A stretch of 64,000 nucleotides of DNA from Microbotryum violaceum (Eukaryota), in contig LN717261.1 of NCBI GenBank assembly GCA_001244265.2, positions 868,001 to 932,000 on the forward strand. Direction: 5' to 3'. This document shows positions 28,660 to 41,420 of this stretch, piece by piece; position 1 is the first letter of the stretch, and each line of letters opens with the position of its first letter. The translations under genes and the position numbers were made by a program. Below the pieces are notes generated by a model. The model had not been told where the DNA came from. It saw only the letters and a program-made list of their open reading frames with translations, and did not search any database.

Positions 28660-30910
28660 ATGTTCTTGCGCAAGAACAAAGCCCAAAAGCACAAACAGCT
28701 CCCTTCCGAAGCGTCCCTCGCGAGTTCGGTCGAAGCAGGCGGCGCACACGCTGCGGGGCAACATCCTCCTCATCAACCCGGAGCAGCAACAACAGCTGCA
28801 GCAGCAGCAGAGGGTACACCTGCCCAATCCCATCTGCAGCAGCAGCCTTCACAAGGTTCGACAACCGTTGGAAAGACCAAGTTTCAGCAGTATGTGCCGC
28901 AGACGAATTATGGTGGACAAGCTGGAGGAGCGCTCAATGGCCACGGACGAGCTTATTCGAACGGCAGTGGTGGCAGTGGTTCCGTAGGACCGAACGACAC
29001 AGGAGGAAACGGTACAGGCACAGGATCGGGTTCGGGTTCGGGTTCGGGTTCGATTTCGGGCAATAATCATGCGATGCAGGCCATCTTGGCCTATTCGGGC
29101 ACACCTTCCCCAGCTCCCGTCGCCGTGGGGCAAGGTCCAGTCTCGCCGCCGATTTCCCAGCACCCACAGGGGCAGTATTTGGTTGGCGATGAGGAATACA
29201 AGTCAGTGCTTACCAGTCTGGTGGCTGGGCGGATCGGGTTGATGACTGATTATGGGTGTGATTGCACAGCCGGCTGTTGAAGAACTATCGCCTCGCGCAT
29301 GAAAGGATCGAGGACCAGAGACAACAGCTATTGATGCAAGAACGATTAGTCAGTCTCGTCTGGAACTACAAAATCACCTTGTGCTGAGATAGGCGACTTG
29401 GACACTCAGAACGCGTCGTTGCGCAAACATGTCTCGTTGCTCGAAGGTGGGGAAGTCGCTGACGTCGCGGCTTCCGTCGTCGGGACCTCGACCGTCGATG
29501 ATTTCACCATCAAAAATAGCTCGTCAGGTGCGTTAACGCTTACTACAATCGGTCACATTCATTGGGAACTTGTTCTGACGACTCTCCTGTCATAGGCCTC
29601 GAGCGCCGCATCAACCGTTTCGCCGCCGACACGCTCAACTCGCGCGACTACTCTCGCAACCAACTCGCCTCGGCGATCTATGCCGACCTCCCCACCATCA
29701 CCCAATCCCCCTTCCTCAACTCGATACAGGGATTCGAAGATCCCGAATCGGGGATCATCTTACAGAGTTTGATTCGACATGCGCTATCGACTCTGTTGGC
29801 GGATGGGATTGTGAATTCATTGTTGGTCACCGATTCAGAGGAGGCGAATGAGGAATTGACAAGGTTGCATGCGACCTTGTTTGATCGTAAGCTCATGCAG
29901 TGGACGCGAACGAGGTACACGTGAAAGTGAATGATGCTGATTCTGGACGCGAATATCATTATTGCCCCCACCTCACGTTAGGTGAACCCCTCGTCGCTTC
30001 CGTTTGGCGAAGGCAAACCTTTTCAGCTTCCCTCACCCACCTCTCCGAACGAACATGTTTCTCCCTCCTCTCACGCCATATTCCTGCCATATCTTACCTC
30101 TTGAATCCATCCCCAACCCATCTATCCCCCTCTCTATTGACCATGTTGGAAGCCTTCCATCTCTATGCGAGGACGTTGCATTCTTCGGCGACGGCGATGG
30201 GAGGTGGAGGTGGAGTGGAGGGGTCGGGGTTTTATAGGGCTTATGTACCGCAGATTGGGACCTTATTGGATCCGGGGAGGTTGGAGTTGATTAAAAGGTG
30301 CTATAGAACCGAGAGAGGTACGTTCGGGCGAACCGAAAGCGGGTGGATGTTGCGAAGAACGAGAACGAGAACGAGACGAGCAGAGCTGACTTGGGGGATA
30401 GTTTTTATCGTTACCCTTCCTTTTCTTGCAGGTGAACCCGAACGCGTTGGAGCCTGCTTATTCCCAGGACTTGTTAAAGAATCGGCTATTGAGAACTCAC
30501 CCTTCACTTCTCCCGAACCTGGTCTAACTGCATCACCGAACTTGAACGACCGTTTGGGAAATGGAATCCCTCTCATTTCCGGAATGAGTCTGAGTCTGGG
30601 TTTGGGAACGGCCGTTTCGAGTCCTATGACTTCGAAGATGAATGGGGGTAGCTCGGTTCACATGAGTGTAGCGGGGAGTAGAGGGTTGGGAACTAGATCG
30701 AGGCGGGAGACGAGGATCGTGGTCGTGAGGAGGGCGCAGGTGATTTGCGAGTGAGTTTCGGCGTATTCATTGGGGTGCGGGGGGGGGGGGGGGCATTGGG
30801 CTATAGACTAGAACCCCGATTTTGAAAACTGATGAACTTGTTCTTTCCCTCCTCCCGTTAGGTGCGCACTCGCTGCCGCCCATACCGTCTCCATGTCAAC
30901 TCAGAACTGA
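28660..30910 (+). CDS. Multi-exon hypothetical protein (low-complexity N-terminus, coiled-coil, helical C-terminal region)
   Basis: ATG at 28660. GT-AG introns (e.g. 29202-29269, 30751-30861) link the ORF pieces: RLLKNYRLAHERIEDQRQQL, LERRINRFAAD, ASVWRRQTF, VGACLFPGLVK, VRRAQVICECAL. Stop at 30908-30910. Confidence 0.75.
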
Positions 30911-31466
30911 AAAGAGTGCTCTTTCTCTCTCCCTCTCTCGAATGCGGTCAGTGGATAGGGTTCGCGCAGGGATTGGTATAATTATTTTTTGAGGTTACTG
31001 AGTCTATTTATCCCACCTAATCTTCCTCGTTGAACATTAGTTAACCTTTTCGTATGGCGAGTCGTGTGTTGTGGAGGGTTAATGCGGGGTTTTGTTGTAA
31101 TTCAATCGATTTGGCGAGATGTTTTTTAGCCCGCGTTCCAGTGTCGGTGTCATTGATGACGAATACAGTTGAGGGTCAGAACTATTTCAGTTGCACAGTG
31201 TACGAATACAAGGTGATTCACTAGATGAGAAACTAAGGACATCCAAGATGATTAGATTAAAATGAATGTGGGGGTTGGGGGGTGTGACAACTCCAAAGGG
31301 ATCCTGATCCAAGTGCGAGGAAAAAAGGTGTAAGAGGGATGCGGGGTAGAGAATGTACGAATATTTCTCTTCAGTATGTGCAGGTGGGATGATGCGGCGT
31401 AAGTGGGAATAGAGCAAAGTGATTTCGCTGCGAGGCGACGGTTTTGCAATGAGTCACACAGAGGGC

Positions 31467-32600
31467 CTAAGGATGCGCGGCCCTGCGTTCCCTCCTCATC
31501 CTCTTCCCCCTCGCAGACGAAGTTGTCGTCGTACTCGAAGCCCTTTCGGCTCGAATGGAAGGTGCACTTGTCGTCGTTGGGCTGGCGTTCGCCGCTGCTG
31601 AGCTTGGAGCAGTCAGGAGCGCGGTCGCGGCTTCGACGTTGGAGGTACTCGAGGAGAGAAAAATCGCGGAAGCGCTGAGCGTGTTAAAAGCTTGGTTCGA
31701 GGATGGTGTTGGGTAAGAGGAAGAGGCGGATACGGGTGGTGGGGAGTAGCTGACTCCACTACCGATGGACCCGATGGCGTTTTCAGAGTTTGTTCGTCGT
31801 AATGAACGGAGGGAGAGCGTGACGGTGACGGAGACGACGACGGCGACCAAAGCGACGATCAGGAACCAAGCAATGTATTTGCCTAGAGGGCGGTCACGAA
31901 GACTGTTGGACGCTGTTGATGTATCAGGAATCTGAGGGTAACGAGCTCGGCGCGAGCGGTGTGGTCGAGAGGTCTTCTCGTCGGTCGGATATCGAGGTGC
32001 TCGGTCGGCGAGGGTTTGAAAGGTCGGGGACGACGAACGGAACGGATTGATAGCAAAACGGAAGGCTGACGATGTGTCCTCGTGCGGCTCTTGATCGTCA
32101 ATTGAGCCTTGTGATTGGGGGCAAAAGTCGAGGTGCGAGTGATCGCGACGCGGAGAATCGTCGAGCGAAGCAGGGGAGTCACGCTGGTAGTGTTGTGACC
32201 AACGGAAAATGGATCGTTGAAAAGGATCATTATTGTTTGATTGCGTTGATGGTCGACGGAAGGATGATGGCTGATTCAGGATTGGCGAGTCCGATTCGGC
32301 CGAGACCGAGGATGGCCGACGGGACGAACTGATCGACGCAAAGGGGTCTTGTTCCCATGCTTCGGCAATGGGTACTCGAACGTGATCGCGTTGCGACATC
32401 GAGCGAAGCAGAGCGGCAGAAGGTTCCTGCAGACGCGTGGGGAGGTGGTGGGAGCGAGGACTCGAATTCGGGCTTGTGTCGGGGCTTGCGGCGGCGACGA
32501 CTGCTCGCCGCGATGAGAAGGCAATTAGGGGTTCGCGTGTCGCCGGGGTCGACGAGGGGACTTGTTGCATCGAAGCAATCTGATGAGGTGGAGGGTACAC
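31467..32600 (-). CDS. Hypothetical single-pass membrane protein, Ser/Pro-rich (ends uncertain)
   Basis: 377-aa ORF with one hydrophobic helix, IAWFLIVALVAVVVSVTVTL. Confidence 0.6.
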   Translation of the reverse strand: MYPPPHQIASMQQVPSSTPATREPLIAFSSRRAVVAAASPDTSPNSSPRSHHLPTRLQEPSAALLRSMSQRDHVRVPIAEAWEQDPFASISSSRRPSSVSAESDSPILNQPSSFRRPSTQSNNNDPFQRSIFRWSQHYQRDSPASLDDSPRRDHSHLDFCPQSQGSIDDQEPHEDTSSAFRFAINPFRSSSPTFQTLADRAPRYPTDEKTSRPHRSRRARYPQIPDTSTASNSLRDRPLGKYIAWFLIVALVAVVVSVTVTLSLRSLRRTNSENAIGSIGSGVSYSPPPVSASSSYPTPSSNQAFNTLSASAIFLSSSTSNVEAATALLTAPSSAAANASPTTTSAPSIRAERASSTTTTSSARGKRMRRERRAAHP

Positions 32601-33969
32601 AGTGAGTTTTGAAGATGTTTTTGTAGCATGGTGTGGTGGTAAACCATGTCAAGACTCGAAAGTTCGAAAGGGTGTGATACGCGACCTTGCAAAGACGGAC
32701 ACGCCGCTGCCGACGCCGCCAAGCCGAGACATCGACACCGACCGAGCGCGGGACGGATCCCTATCGCCGAAGGCGTTCGGAGGCGGACAAGCAAGTGCAA
32801 ATTTTGACAAAAAGGCCATGGCGTTATCTCCAGAAGTTCCGCATGTTTGCTGAAACACAACGAGTCGCCGGCCGAAACGGACCGAAATGGAAATCGGGAA
32901 CTCCCGGAGGGACTAGTGGGACGGCCGACCGTTTGGTAGCGTCGAGCAGCGTGGGAGCCGTTGGCGCGCGGACCGGACCCCGCAGCGGCCAGCAAGGCGC
33001 CACACTAGTCCGACTCGCGCGTAGCGTCGGAGAGCGGCTCAAGAGGGAGGTCGAACGACGGATGAGGACGGGCAAACATTCGATGCAGTGCTCGTGAAGG
33101 GATGAAGAAGGGATGAGGTGAAGGTCGGTACATTAGTAACTTACTGTTGTAGCTGAAGGCGCGGCTGGGTTGGAAAAGGATGGTCAGAGCAAGGCCGACG
33201 CGAACAAAGGAAGGACAGGCAGATTCTTTCGCGACGCGAAAGTGGGAGGAGGCTCGAGCGTCGGCAGACTATCTCGGTGGAGTTAACGAGCAGTGTGGAA
33301 TGAGAAAGATGGGGAGGAAGCTATTATAAGTTTAAGGTACTAGGTCAGGCGGGTCCCATATGCTGTTGAGGGGTTAGTGGGACTTACAGCGGCAGCGCTG
33401 CGGGAAGAAGCAACTGATCGAGGACGCCGGTGAACGTGAAGTCAAGTCGAGAGAGATGCTGAAACGGTTGTTCAGAAAACTGCGCCGAGCGACTTGTAGA
33501 CGTTTGTAAGCTGGTAAGTGTTGCGACAATGTTGGAAAGAGGCAGCTCGTGGTGATCAACACTTGAGAGCGCAATGAGGCGTAATGTTAAGGCCGGAAGC
33601 GAAGCAGGAGAGCGAGGCGGGTGTGCACGTCGAAGGTTCGAACAACCAACACCGCAGCAGCCGACGTCGACATCGAGCGCGGTAGGGCACACTTGCGAGC
33701 ACGCAGTGAAACACTGAGTCACTCCTTACGAGTCGATGGCTTGCAAAATGAAATAGATACCCCATCTTCGATCTCTCTTCGATAAATTGGAGCTTGACAC
33801 TACAGATATCTTTTGCAATTTATTTTGCTGTTGAAGACCCCGATGGGATCCCGTTGGTCCATCTCATCGGGAGAACGGCGAGCCAGAAAGTCGACGTTCT
33901 AAGCTTCGTTAGCGCGCGCGAGTTTCAGTGACCGACTGGCCGACGCGAGCCGACCCAAAATGAAAAACA

Positions 33970-34075
33970 CGTGACCGTGACCGTGACCGATGCCGTCATG
34001 GAAGCCCGCATGAGCGGATGGATGCCGCGCGTGATGCGCGTGATGCGTGATGCGCGTGATGCGCGTGATGCCGCG
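33970..34075. repeat. Short tandem repeats (CGTGAC)3 and ~(GCGCGTGAT)5 in a divergent intergenic region
   Basis: Read directly; 150-250 bp upstream of the otubain ATG. Confidence 0.8.
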
Positions 34076-34226
34076 CTGCTGTGAGCGGCTGTGGCTGGCT
34101 GTGGGCGGCAGCCCGGCGCCAACTCGGTCGAGGCGCGTCGCGTTACACTTTGCACTCCAACCACACTTGGTGTACGCACAACTTACTCAATCTTTCACCA
34201 AAACATAACCGAATCCTAGTCTGCAC

Positions 34227-35441
34227 ATGTCTCCGGATCCTCCAGCAGCAGGTAGTGGCGTGTCCGTCGCTGATCAACCCGTCGCGTCGACCTCCACATC
34301 GTCGTCATCGTCATCCGCCCCGGTTGCACCACCCCCCGCACCTCAACCAACCGAGGACTCGCACCCTATTCCTCTCTCTAAATGTCAGCTCTCCGACCTG
34401 ACCGACCTCGAGATCGCCTCCCTGACGCAACAGATCAAAGCCGAGTCGGCGAACGTGCGACCTCTGATCGGCGCGCTCGAGCCTCTCGAACGGTTCAAGG
34501 ACGAGTACGACTCGGAGAAGGTCAGGGGCAAGATCGAGTGGTTGAGTAAGAGTGGATGGACGGGGTTGAGGAGATCGAGAGGCGATGGAGACTGTTTCTA
34601 TCGATGTACGTGTTGAAGGGGGTGGAGGGCGTGTCTCAGGGCTGAGATAGGGACAAGCAGACACGTTTGACATCTCCTGGTGTCTCGTACAGCATTCGCT
34701 TTCAGCTTCCTCGAACGCCTCGTACCTCTACCTCCTTCCTTTACTCAACTGTCGCTTTCCAAGATCGAGTCACTACTGCCGCTGCTGGATCAAGCGTGGG
34801 TCCGGCCGAGCGCTTCAGCGCGCACGACCAGGCGATCCGAGCTGACTCTGATGCAGAACCTTGTCGTTGCCCACAGTGGCTTCGCAAAGGGCATTTACGA
34901 AGTTTTTTACGAACCTATGAGAGGCTTGCTGGTCGCGTTGGGATCCAACGATCCGTCAAAGAGGTGGGTGCGGCGTCGAATACCTCCGGCAAGCCGAAAG
35001 ACTGACGTGGACCTAAATTCGAGGACCGCGACCACAGGCCTGCGTCAGCAACACTCGAAGCGTCCTTCAACGACCCCGAAGTATCCAACTTGGTCGTCGT
35101 CTTCCTCCGCCTCTTGACATCGGCCTACCTCCGCGCCAACGCCGACGACTTCCTCCCTTTCCTCTTCGCTCTCGACGATGACCCCCACCATGGAGCAATT
35201 CTGTGGGTTTCATGTCGAAGCCGTCAACAAGGAGGCGGATCATGTACAACTTACGGCGTTGAGTAGGGCGTTGAGGATAGGGCTCAGGATCGCATACCTG
35301 GATCAGAGTACGGGCACAGAGGGGGAGGTCAGCGAGGTGGATTTTGTCGAGTTCGAGGTGGATGGAGAGAAGACAGAGGTTGAGAGATTGGATGGCGCGT
35401 TGCTGTATACGGTCAATCATTACGATGTGATGTGCAGGTAG
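34227..35441 (+). CDS. OTUB1: Otubain-family deubiquitinase (peptidase C65), multi-exon
   Basis: LRRSRGDGDCFYR (catalytic Cys), EADHVQLTALSRAL..AYLD, LLYTVNHYDVM (catalytic His); GT-AG introns. Confidence 0.92.
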
Positions 35442-35629
35442 AGGGATGCGATCCGAAACACTTGTAATGGTGTAAGGGGTATGTTAAGACTATGACGTGA
35501 TGTACAGGTATAATTGTAAGAGAGATGCAATCCGAGACGCTTATGATGGTTTAAGCATCTGATGAGTTTGTCCTTTGTGCGTAGAAGCAGCATAACAGTG
35601 CCTTCATTCTTCAACAGAACTACTCACAC

Positions 35630-37788
35630 GAGCGGCTGCCACCGGGACGTGTCGTCTGGCATCGTAATGGTCGACCGACACGGCGATGGAATCTTAATCG
35701 ATTACAATCTGGCGGTGAAGAAGGCTCGAACGGTCGAAGAAGAGTGTCGCCTCAGCCGCTCGGTACATTCTCACACTCTCGGTTTTGGGGGATGAGCAGC
35801 AGTCGAGAGGAAAATGATAGCGTACCGTGTCATTGATTATGATGCGGGGGAATGGTGGGAAGGATTCAGGGTTAGCCCAACAACATGTTCAGCTATTGCG
35901 GACGCGGGAACGCACCGAACGGCTGAAGCGACACTCCTTTTCAGCCGCTCGAGCCTTCTTCGCCGCCAAAATGTAGTCGATCCGGATCCCCTCGCCGTAT
36001 CAATCGCCACTATGTTGCCATACGACCCGTCCCGGTCGCGGAAGCCGTAGTTTCAGAGCTGGCGATGCCCTGTCGCGCACCGCAAAGGGTCGTCGGTGAA
36101 GGTGCACCCCTCAGCGCCGTGTCCCGCGCCGCTCTGAGCGCCCATCCTCAATCGCACCCTCGAGACTGCGCGGGAGCTGCTTGGTGATCTCGAGCGTGCC
36201 GAGTGAGCCGTAGCATTCTTCGTGAACGACGACCTCCTTGGCCCGCGGGGTGAGACCTTGAAGGGATCCGTCGGCGGGTAGGAACATGGGAAGGGTCCTG
36301 TACTCGGTGCGAAAGACGCCGACCAGCGGAGCGAGCCCTCGAGGTCTCTTCTCTTGGGTCAAGTTGCCGCACTTGGCCAAATCCGAGTTGCGTGACTCCT
36401 CGACCCAGGTGATCGTCATTGCGCGGGTCCTGACCTTGGCGCCCTCACCAACGGTAATCTCGTATGTCGACGTCGCGCGGCCGCACTCTCTTCGTCGACG
36501 GAACAAAAGCTTCTCAATCTTGACGCTGGACATCGTCGTTGCTCCCCCGCTGAACTCCGCGGCCGCCGGCGGGAAGAAGTCGGGGCAGAGCGTGAACGGG
36601 CCGTGGTGATCGTCGAGCGAGGTTGTGCAGTGGTGGTGAGGCCGCCCTTAAGACGATCACTGTGCTTGATACGACGGCACAAAAAGTTCGACAACTCTCC
36701 GGATTTTCGGTGACCGTCTTGAAGTTGGTGAAGAACAGGCCGCAAGCAGTCATGATGTAGAGTTTGAGACGGTAGCCGCGCAGGGTGAACCCGATCGCAT
36801 ATTCTCGAATCGGCGTCACGAGGAGTGCCGACAACCGTCTGAACAACTGGCCCTCGGCCGCGGAGTTGCCCGCTTTGGTCTCGCCGACGGCGGCCACGTG
36901 CGTAAAGGAGTGTTTGGCCCGGTTCAGGTCCACCTTGGCCTTGGCATCGTCCTCATCGTTCTGATGCTGGCCCCTGCCGTTTACGTTCGCGTTGAAGTTC
37001 ACGTTGGTGTCGGGATGCGCATCGGCGTCGGGTTTCTTGGCTTGCGGATCGGCGTGACGGGGAAGGGCCCATACATTCGGGAGGGTTGGATTGTGCGCGC
37101 CCGCAGCGTGGGTCAAGAGCACAACGTCGGCCGTCTTGTCGGTCGTCTCCACGCGGTCAGGTGCGACGCCGATGTATTGGGGCGAGTTCCTGCAGGCGAC
37201 CAATTGCCGGTCTCCAGCTTAGAGGTCCAACAGTAAGACAAACGGCAATGGGAAGGCGAGTCAGCTCTCGAAGGAATACACTACGCACACCCACGATGTC
37301 AGGCGATCCAGGCGTCGACTCACCGTGTTGATGACACCTGCTATGACCTCGCCCAGCGCTTCTTCGGTGCCAATCTCGTGCTCCTTGGGCCAGATCTTGT
37401 TTGCGAGCTCCTCAGGGGTCGGCGGGCTGAAGAAGTAGGCCTCGAGGGCCGGACTGGATTTTCGCTTCATCTGGACCGCCTCGGAGATCCTCTCGGCTCT
37501 GGCGTAGGCTCGCTCTCCCGAGGCTGTCTCCCGGTGCGCTCGTACCGGAGTCGAGTAATTCGACGAGTGCAATACCGAGGTAGAGGGCCCGACGGCGGGT
37601 TCACGGTCGCGTTCCTGGGCGTGCTTGCGGTCGCTGTAGTCGCTGTCGTGGCCAGCAGGGAGCACGCCCCTCAAGGCCGCAAAGTCGTACGTGTCAGACG
37701 TCGAAGGCAACTGGAGACCCGCAGATGCAGACGCTGCGACAAGACTACTTGCGCTTGTGCTCGATGTCGCGGCCGATTTCGTTGCCAC
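35630..37788 (-). pseudogene. Degenerate FunK1-type fungal protein kinase; catalytic segment lies on the opposite strand
   Basis: Minus strand: AAVGETK..QL..REYAIGFTL, LFRRRRECGRAT, LEGAIE. Plus strand 35630-35760: HRDVSSG..GILIDYNLA. Confidence 0.7.
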
Positions 37789-38020
37789 TGAGGTCGAGGT
37801 CGAGGTTGAAGATGAGGCGGAGGCTTGGGCCTTAGCGTGTTAGACGAACTTCGCGTCAGGCGCGCGCTCCTGCGAAGTGATTCTGTCCTATTCTGTCCAG
37901 GCGACGAGCCGGCGTTCGGGCGCTCGAGGTTCAGTAGGATGCCGATCAATATGAGTCGCCGGGAGGGCCACGATGTTGGAATCAACGATGATCCCGAAAT
38001 GATCAACAAAAGAAGAAGAA

Positions 38021-38093
38021 CGGCTGGACCAGGAGTCGAACCTGGCTCGTTTCCATTAATCGGAAAAGCTTTGACCCACTAAGCTATCCGGCC
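38021..38093 (-). tRNA. tRNA-like gene with anticodon loop GA-TTA-AT (TTA in the anticodon position, non-canonical loop)
   Basis: Folds as GGCCGGA TA GCTT AGTGGGTCA AAGC T TTTCC GATTAAT GGAAA CGAG CCAGG TTCGACT CCTGG TCCAGCC G. It has A and B boxes and a T4 run 9 nt downstream. Confidence 0.8.
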
Positions 38094-38166
38094 CCTGATA
38101 TCAGTGCAAGGTCTACTAACACCTTCAACACACGAGACTCCCGCGGGAAAAAAAAGGCAAAGAGTA

Positions 38167-40700
38167 TATGAGGCGCCGTTGCTGTCACGAGCGCCGCAGA
38201 AAAAAGAAAAAAGAAATGCGCGCCGCGCAAGAAAAAAGAAAAAAAAAGTCCTCGACTCGGACGTTGCCCCTCGGGAGCAGGAGGATTTTTTTTTCTTTCT
38301 CGCGGGCAGTGTAGTGTGATTTTTTTTTTTTCCTGCGCGCGCGCGATTCTCGTGTCCCCAAAGGCGCCTCATACCGGCGCCTCATAAAAAGAGAGACAAG
38401 AGACAGAAAAAAAAAAAAAAAAAAAAAGGCCGCCTGCATAAGGTCTCGGTCATGACTCATGACTCATGGCATGGCATGACTTGCCTCCAACCCAGTGGAC
38501 AGAGAGAGGTCTCTTGAATCTCATTCGTAGCCATCAGCTCTTCTGCGCCCACCTAGCTGAACCTGCTGCTGTTACTGCTGCAGCGCTGCTTATTGTGCTT
38601 AACCCTGAGGCCGGCGGCCCGACACAGAGGCAACCGCCTCGAGTTCCGCCTGGATTTGGCTCTTTTCCTCCTGCCACTGTCTTCCCCTCGCCTCTCCTAA
38701 TGAACATGAACGGATCAACTTCTGGCTCGACCGACGATTTGTTCAGCTCGGCCTTGAATTCCGATACGCCTTCTTCTTTTGGCGCTTCAACCGCTGGCGA
38801 TGCACCTCTTCCAGTACAACAACATATCGAGCGCGTGGTGGGGCGAGCGCCCGACTCTTCTTAGAAACCTCAACCTCAAGCTCCACTCACTCCAGCTCAA
38901 CAGCTCGAAATGATGAACATGATGGTAACGCTCCAGAAAATGAACAACAATTCGCTGCCATGGCTGCCAAAATCGAAGCTCGCCGAGCCGATCTACGCTC
39001 AATTGAACAACGCGCGATGGCTTTCGGCAAGACAAGCTAGGGTCGCGACTGACAAACGAGGTCTAGCAGCATATCTGGAGCTGATCAATTCTCACAACCT
39101 GGGTCTAGAGGAAACAGGTCAGTCTCGTCGATTCACGTTGGCCGTTTGCCGTTTGCCATCCCTTGTTCCGTGTCCCATTGCTGATCTCTCGGCTCTCGCT
39201 TTCGTAGACTAGATCCGGGACAATGTGCCTTGGGCTTACGTTAACGACTGGTCAAATCCCTCCAAATCCGCTCGGCTCTTTCCACATCCTCAAGTTGTCC
39301 CTCGCTCTTTTGCAGTCGTCGAGTCGCGCCTCGACCACCCGTCATCCAGCTCCCGCCGCGCCATTGCCCGACCCGGCTTTTAGCCGATCGACCTCGAGCG
39401 ATGCAAGGACGTCGCGATCATCTCCGGTACATGCGAATGATCGCAATGGGGGTGGGCTCTTGACACCAGCGGCACGCTCGGCGCGTGGCCGGCTGAGTGG
39501 CGCTCAGCTAGGGCTCCAGAAATCCGCTTCGCACGCCCCCTCCCCCTCCCCCGCCGAAGCGATGCAATTGATGCCCACTAGTAAGGAGAAAAGCAGTAAG
39601 GGCAAGGGCGTGCAAAGATTCGAAAGTGGGGAGCAAGCAGAAGAGGAAGACTGGGGAAAGAGCGCAAGTGTTGATCTGCCGGGACGACGACGACGACGAC
39701 AAAGCGAGCGAGGATGATTCACCTTCGTCGGGACTTTCGGAATCAAGTGCGGAGAGGCGTCAAGTTCAGGACATCCTTGCGGGGAAGCAAAGGATTCAGG
39801 AGATGATTCTAGGGATCAGAGGAGAAAACGTTACCTCCGCCACCGAACTTTGGTCCGAAGCGACAGCCAAGGCAAGTGATTGAGCAACAGATGCAATCAC
39901 TTGCCGACTCAAGGGAACCTGCTACCGCTAGCTCTTCGACCGAACCTCCAGAAGATCTCACTCGCCTTGCTACCCCGCCTTGTCGAACGCGCCTTCGGAG
40001 ATTTTACCCCCTCAACGCTCGGAACGAACCTCTCGTGCCCCGCGGCCACGAGACTAACCATGCGTTGTAGACTAGCGACTTCGGATTGAAACTATAGACA
40101 ATAATTCGTAACATGTACCAAATCTTGACTCTTGTGCGAGACAGAGACGATCGGCGCATCGGCGACACTACGCGGCTATCACTTTGTCACTCGGACGAGG
40201 CCCAGCTTGGACCATCAATTCCAGCTAGCGAGCGATAGAGTATGATTTGAAAAGCTGTCACATTGCAAGGTTCTCTTCCGACCATCGAACAGCCACCAAA
40301 CACTTCCGCCGCGCCTCCTCAGTCTCAAGAGCATTACAGTGGAAATCTTGAACTCGGATATCTTCGAATAGCGCTGTATTGGCTTCTTCGTCCAGCAGTT
40401 CGTCGCCGACTGCCGTTCCTAGGGCATGCTGATCGCCGTCTTGAAGGTGGGTGAGAACAGGCGGCAGCGTAGCCATCTCGGGCGATGGGAACTGAAAGGG
40501 AACCGAAGCAGACGTGAAGCGCCGTCGTCAACTCTCAGCGCTCACTGCAGCGCTCAGCGCTCAGCCACTCGACGCCTCCCGAGGGTTGAACCACCCCAGA
40601 GTTGGAGATTTTTTTCTTTCTCGCGGGCAGTGTTGTGTGATTTTTTATTTTTTTCCCTGCGCGCGCACACGATTCTCGTGTCCCCAAAGGCGCTTCATTA
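38167..40700. mobile_element. MITE-like unit 38167-38373 (TATGAGGCGCC...GGCGCCTCATA) whose right half recurs at 40604-40700, enclosing a decayed intron-containing ORF
   Basis: Imperfect 25-bp terminal inverted repeat; ~95-bp direct repeat; interrupted ORFs at 38700-40070. Confidence 0.55.
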
Positions 40701-40827
40701 TTTTGTGCACTTTAGCGGTTTAGCGGCTCGAGATTTATTTAGTGCCATTTAGCAAAGTGGCAAAGTTGCTGATGGCACCAACCGCGCCCCAACTGTCTTA
40801 TACAGTGTCTTGCCTTTGCCGCAAAGT

Positions 40828-41128
40828 TATGCTGAGACGATCAGTGGACTTGCTCCATCATCAGTTGCAGCCGACTGACATTCAGAAGCTTGGGTCGCAA
40901 AGCTCCCAATTGTCATCCCGCCCACCATCCCTGTGTATCACCAACTTGGAAGAAGTTCGGACTCTCTTCCGTTTAGATCAATCTCTTGCGGTTTTCCCCA
41001 GAGGGCTAGGTTTTCACCGCTTGAGGTATTTGTTTAACAACTCCTACACCACCAGCGTTGTCCTTCGTCTTGCTGCAACTCGAACCACTATTCCACTACG
41101 ACTCGCGCGAAGTGGTCAGGGGAGTCGA
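40828..41128 (+). repeat. ~300-bp repeat, inverted copy of 27701-27990
   Basis: Reverse-complement alignment to 27701-27990. Confidence 0.92.
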
Positions 41129-41420
41129 CCTGAAGAAGCTAGGCGCGCGCAATCTCTATTTCTAATACATGTGGCCCGTCGTAAGGCCAGGTAAGGCCTT
41201 GCCTGACACCACGATCCGGGAGGTGCGGCCGGAGCCCGCAACGAGCCTTCATCTCGCAGGGAGGTGGATGTATAGCGCGCCCGAGCCGTAGTAGTAACTG
41301 AGTGTGTCTGTAGACTCATCATGGACCTGTTCTGTGCAACATTGGGGCGGCCATCTAGCATAGCTCTCGAAGCGGAACTCATCGTGATCTTGCACCACTC
41401 CTTGTGAGACAGACTTTGCA

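Noticed and set aside
38021-38093. Link between the TTA tRNA-like gene and readthrough of the LINE ORF1 TAA
   Set aside because: ORF2 is in a different frame, and TAA is followed immediately by an in-frame TGA in both LINEs.
27685-41194. Similar short ORFs inside the two inverted repeats as a duplicated gene
   Set aside because: A 7-bp indel and different ORF limits between the copies; the similarity is explained by the DNA repeat.
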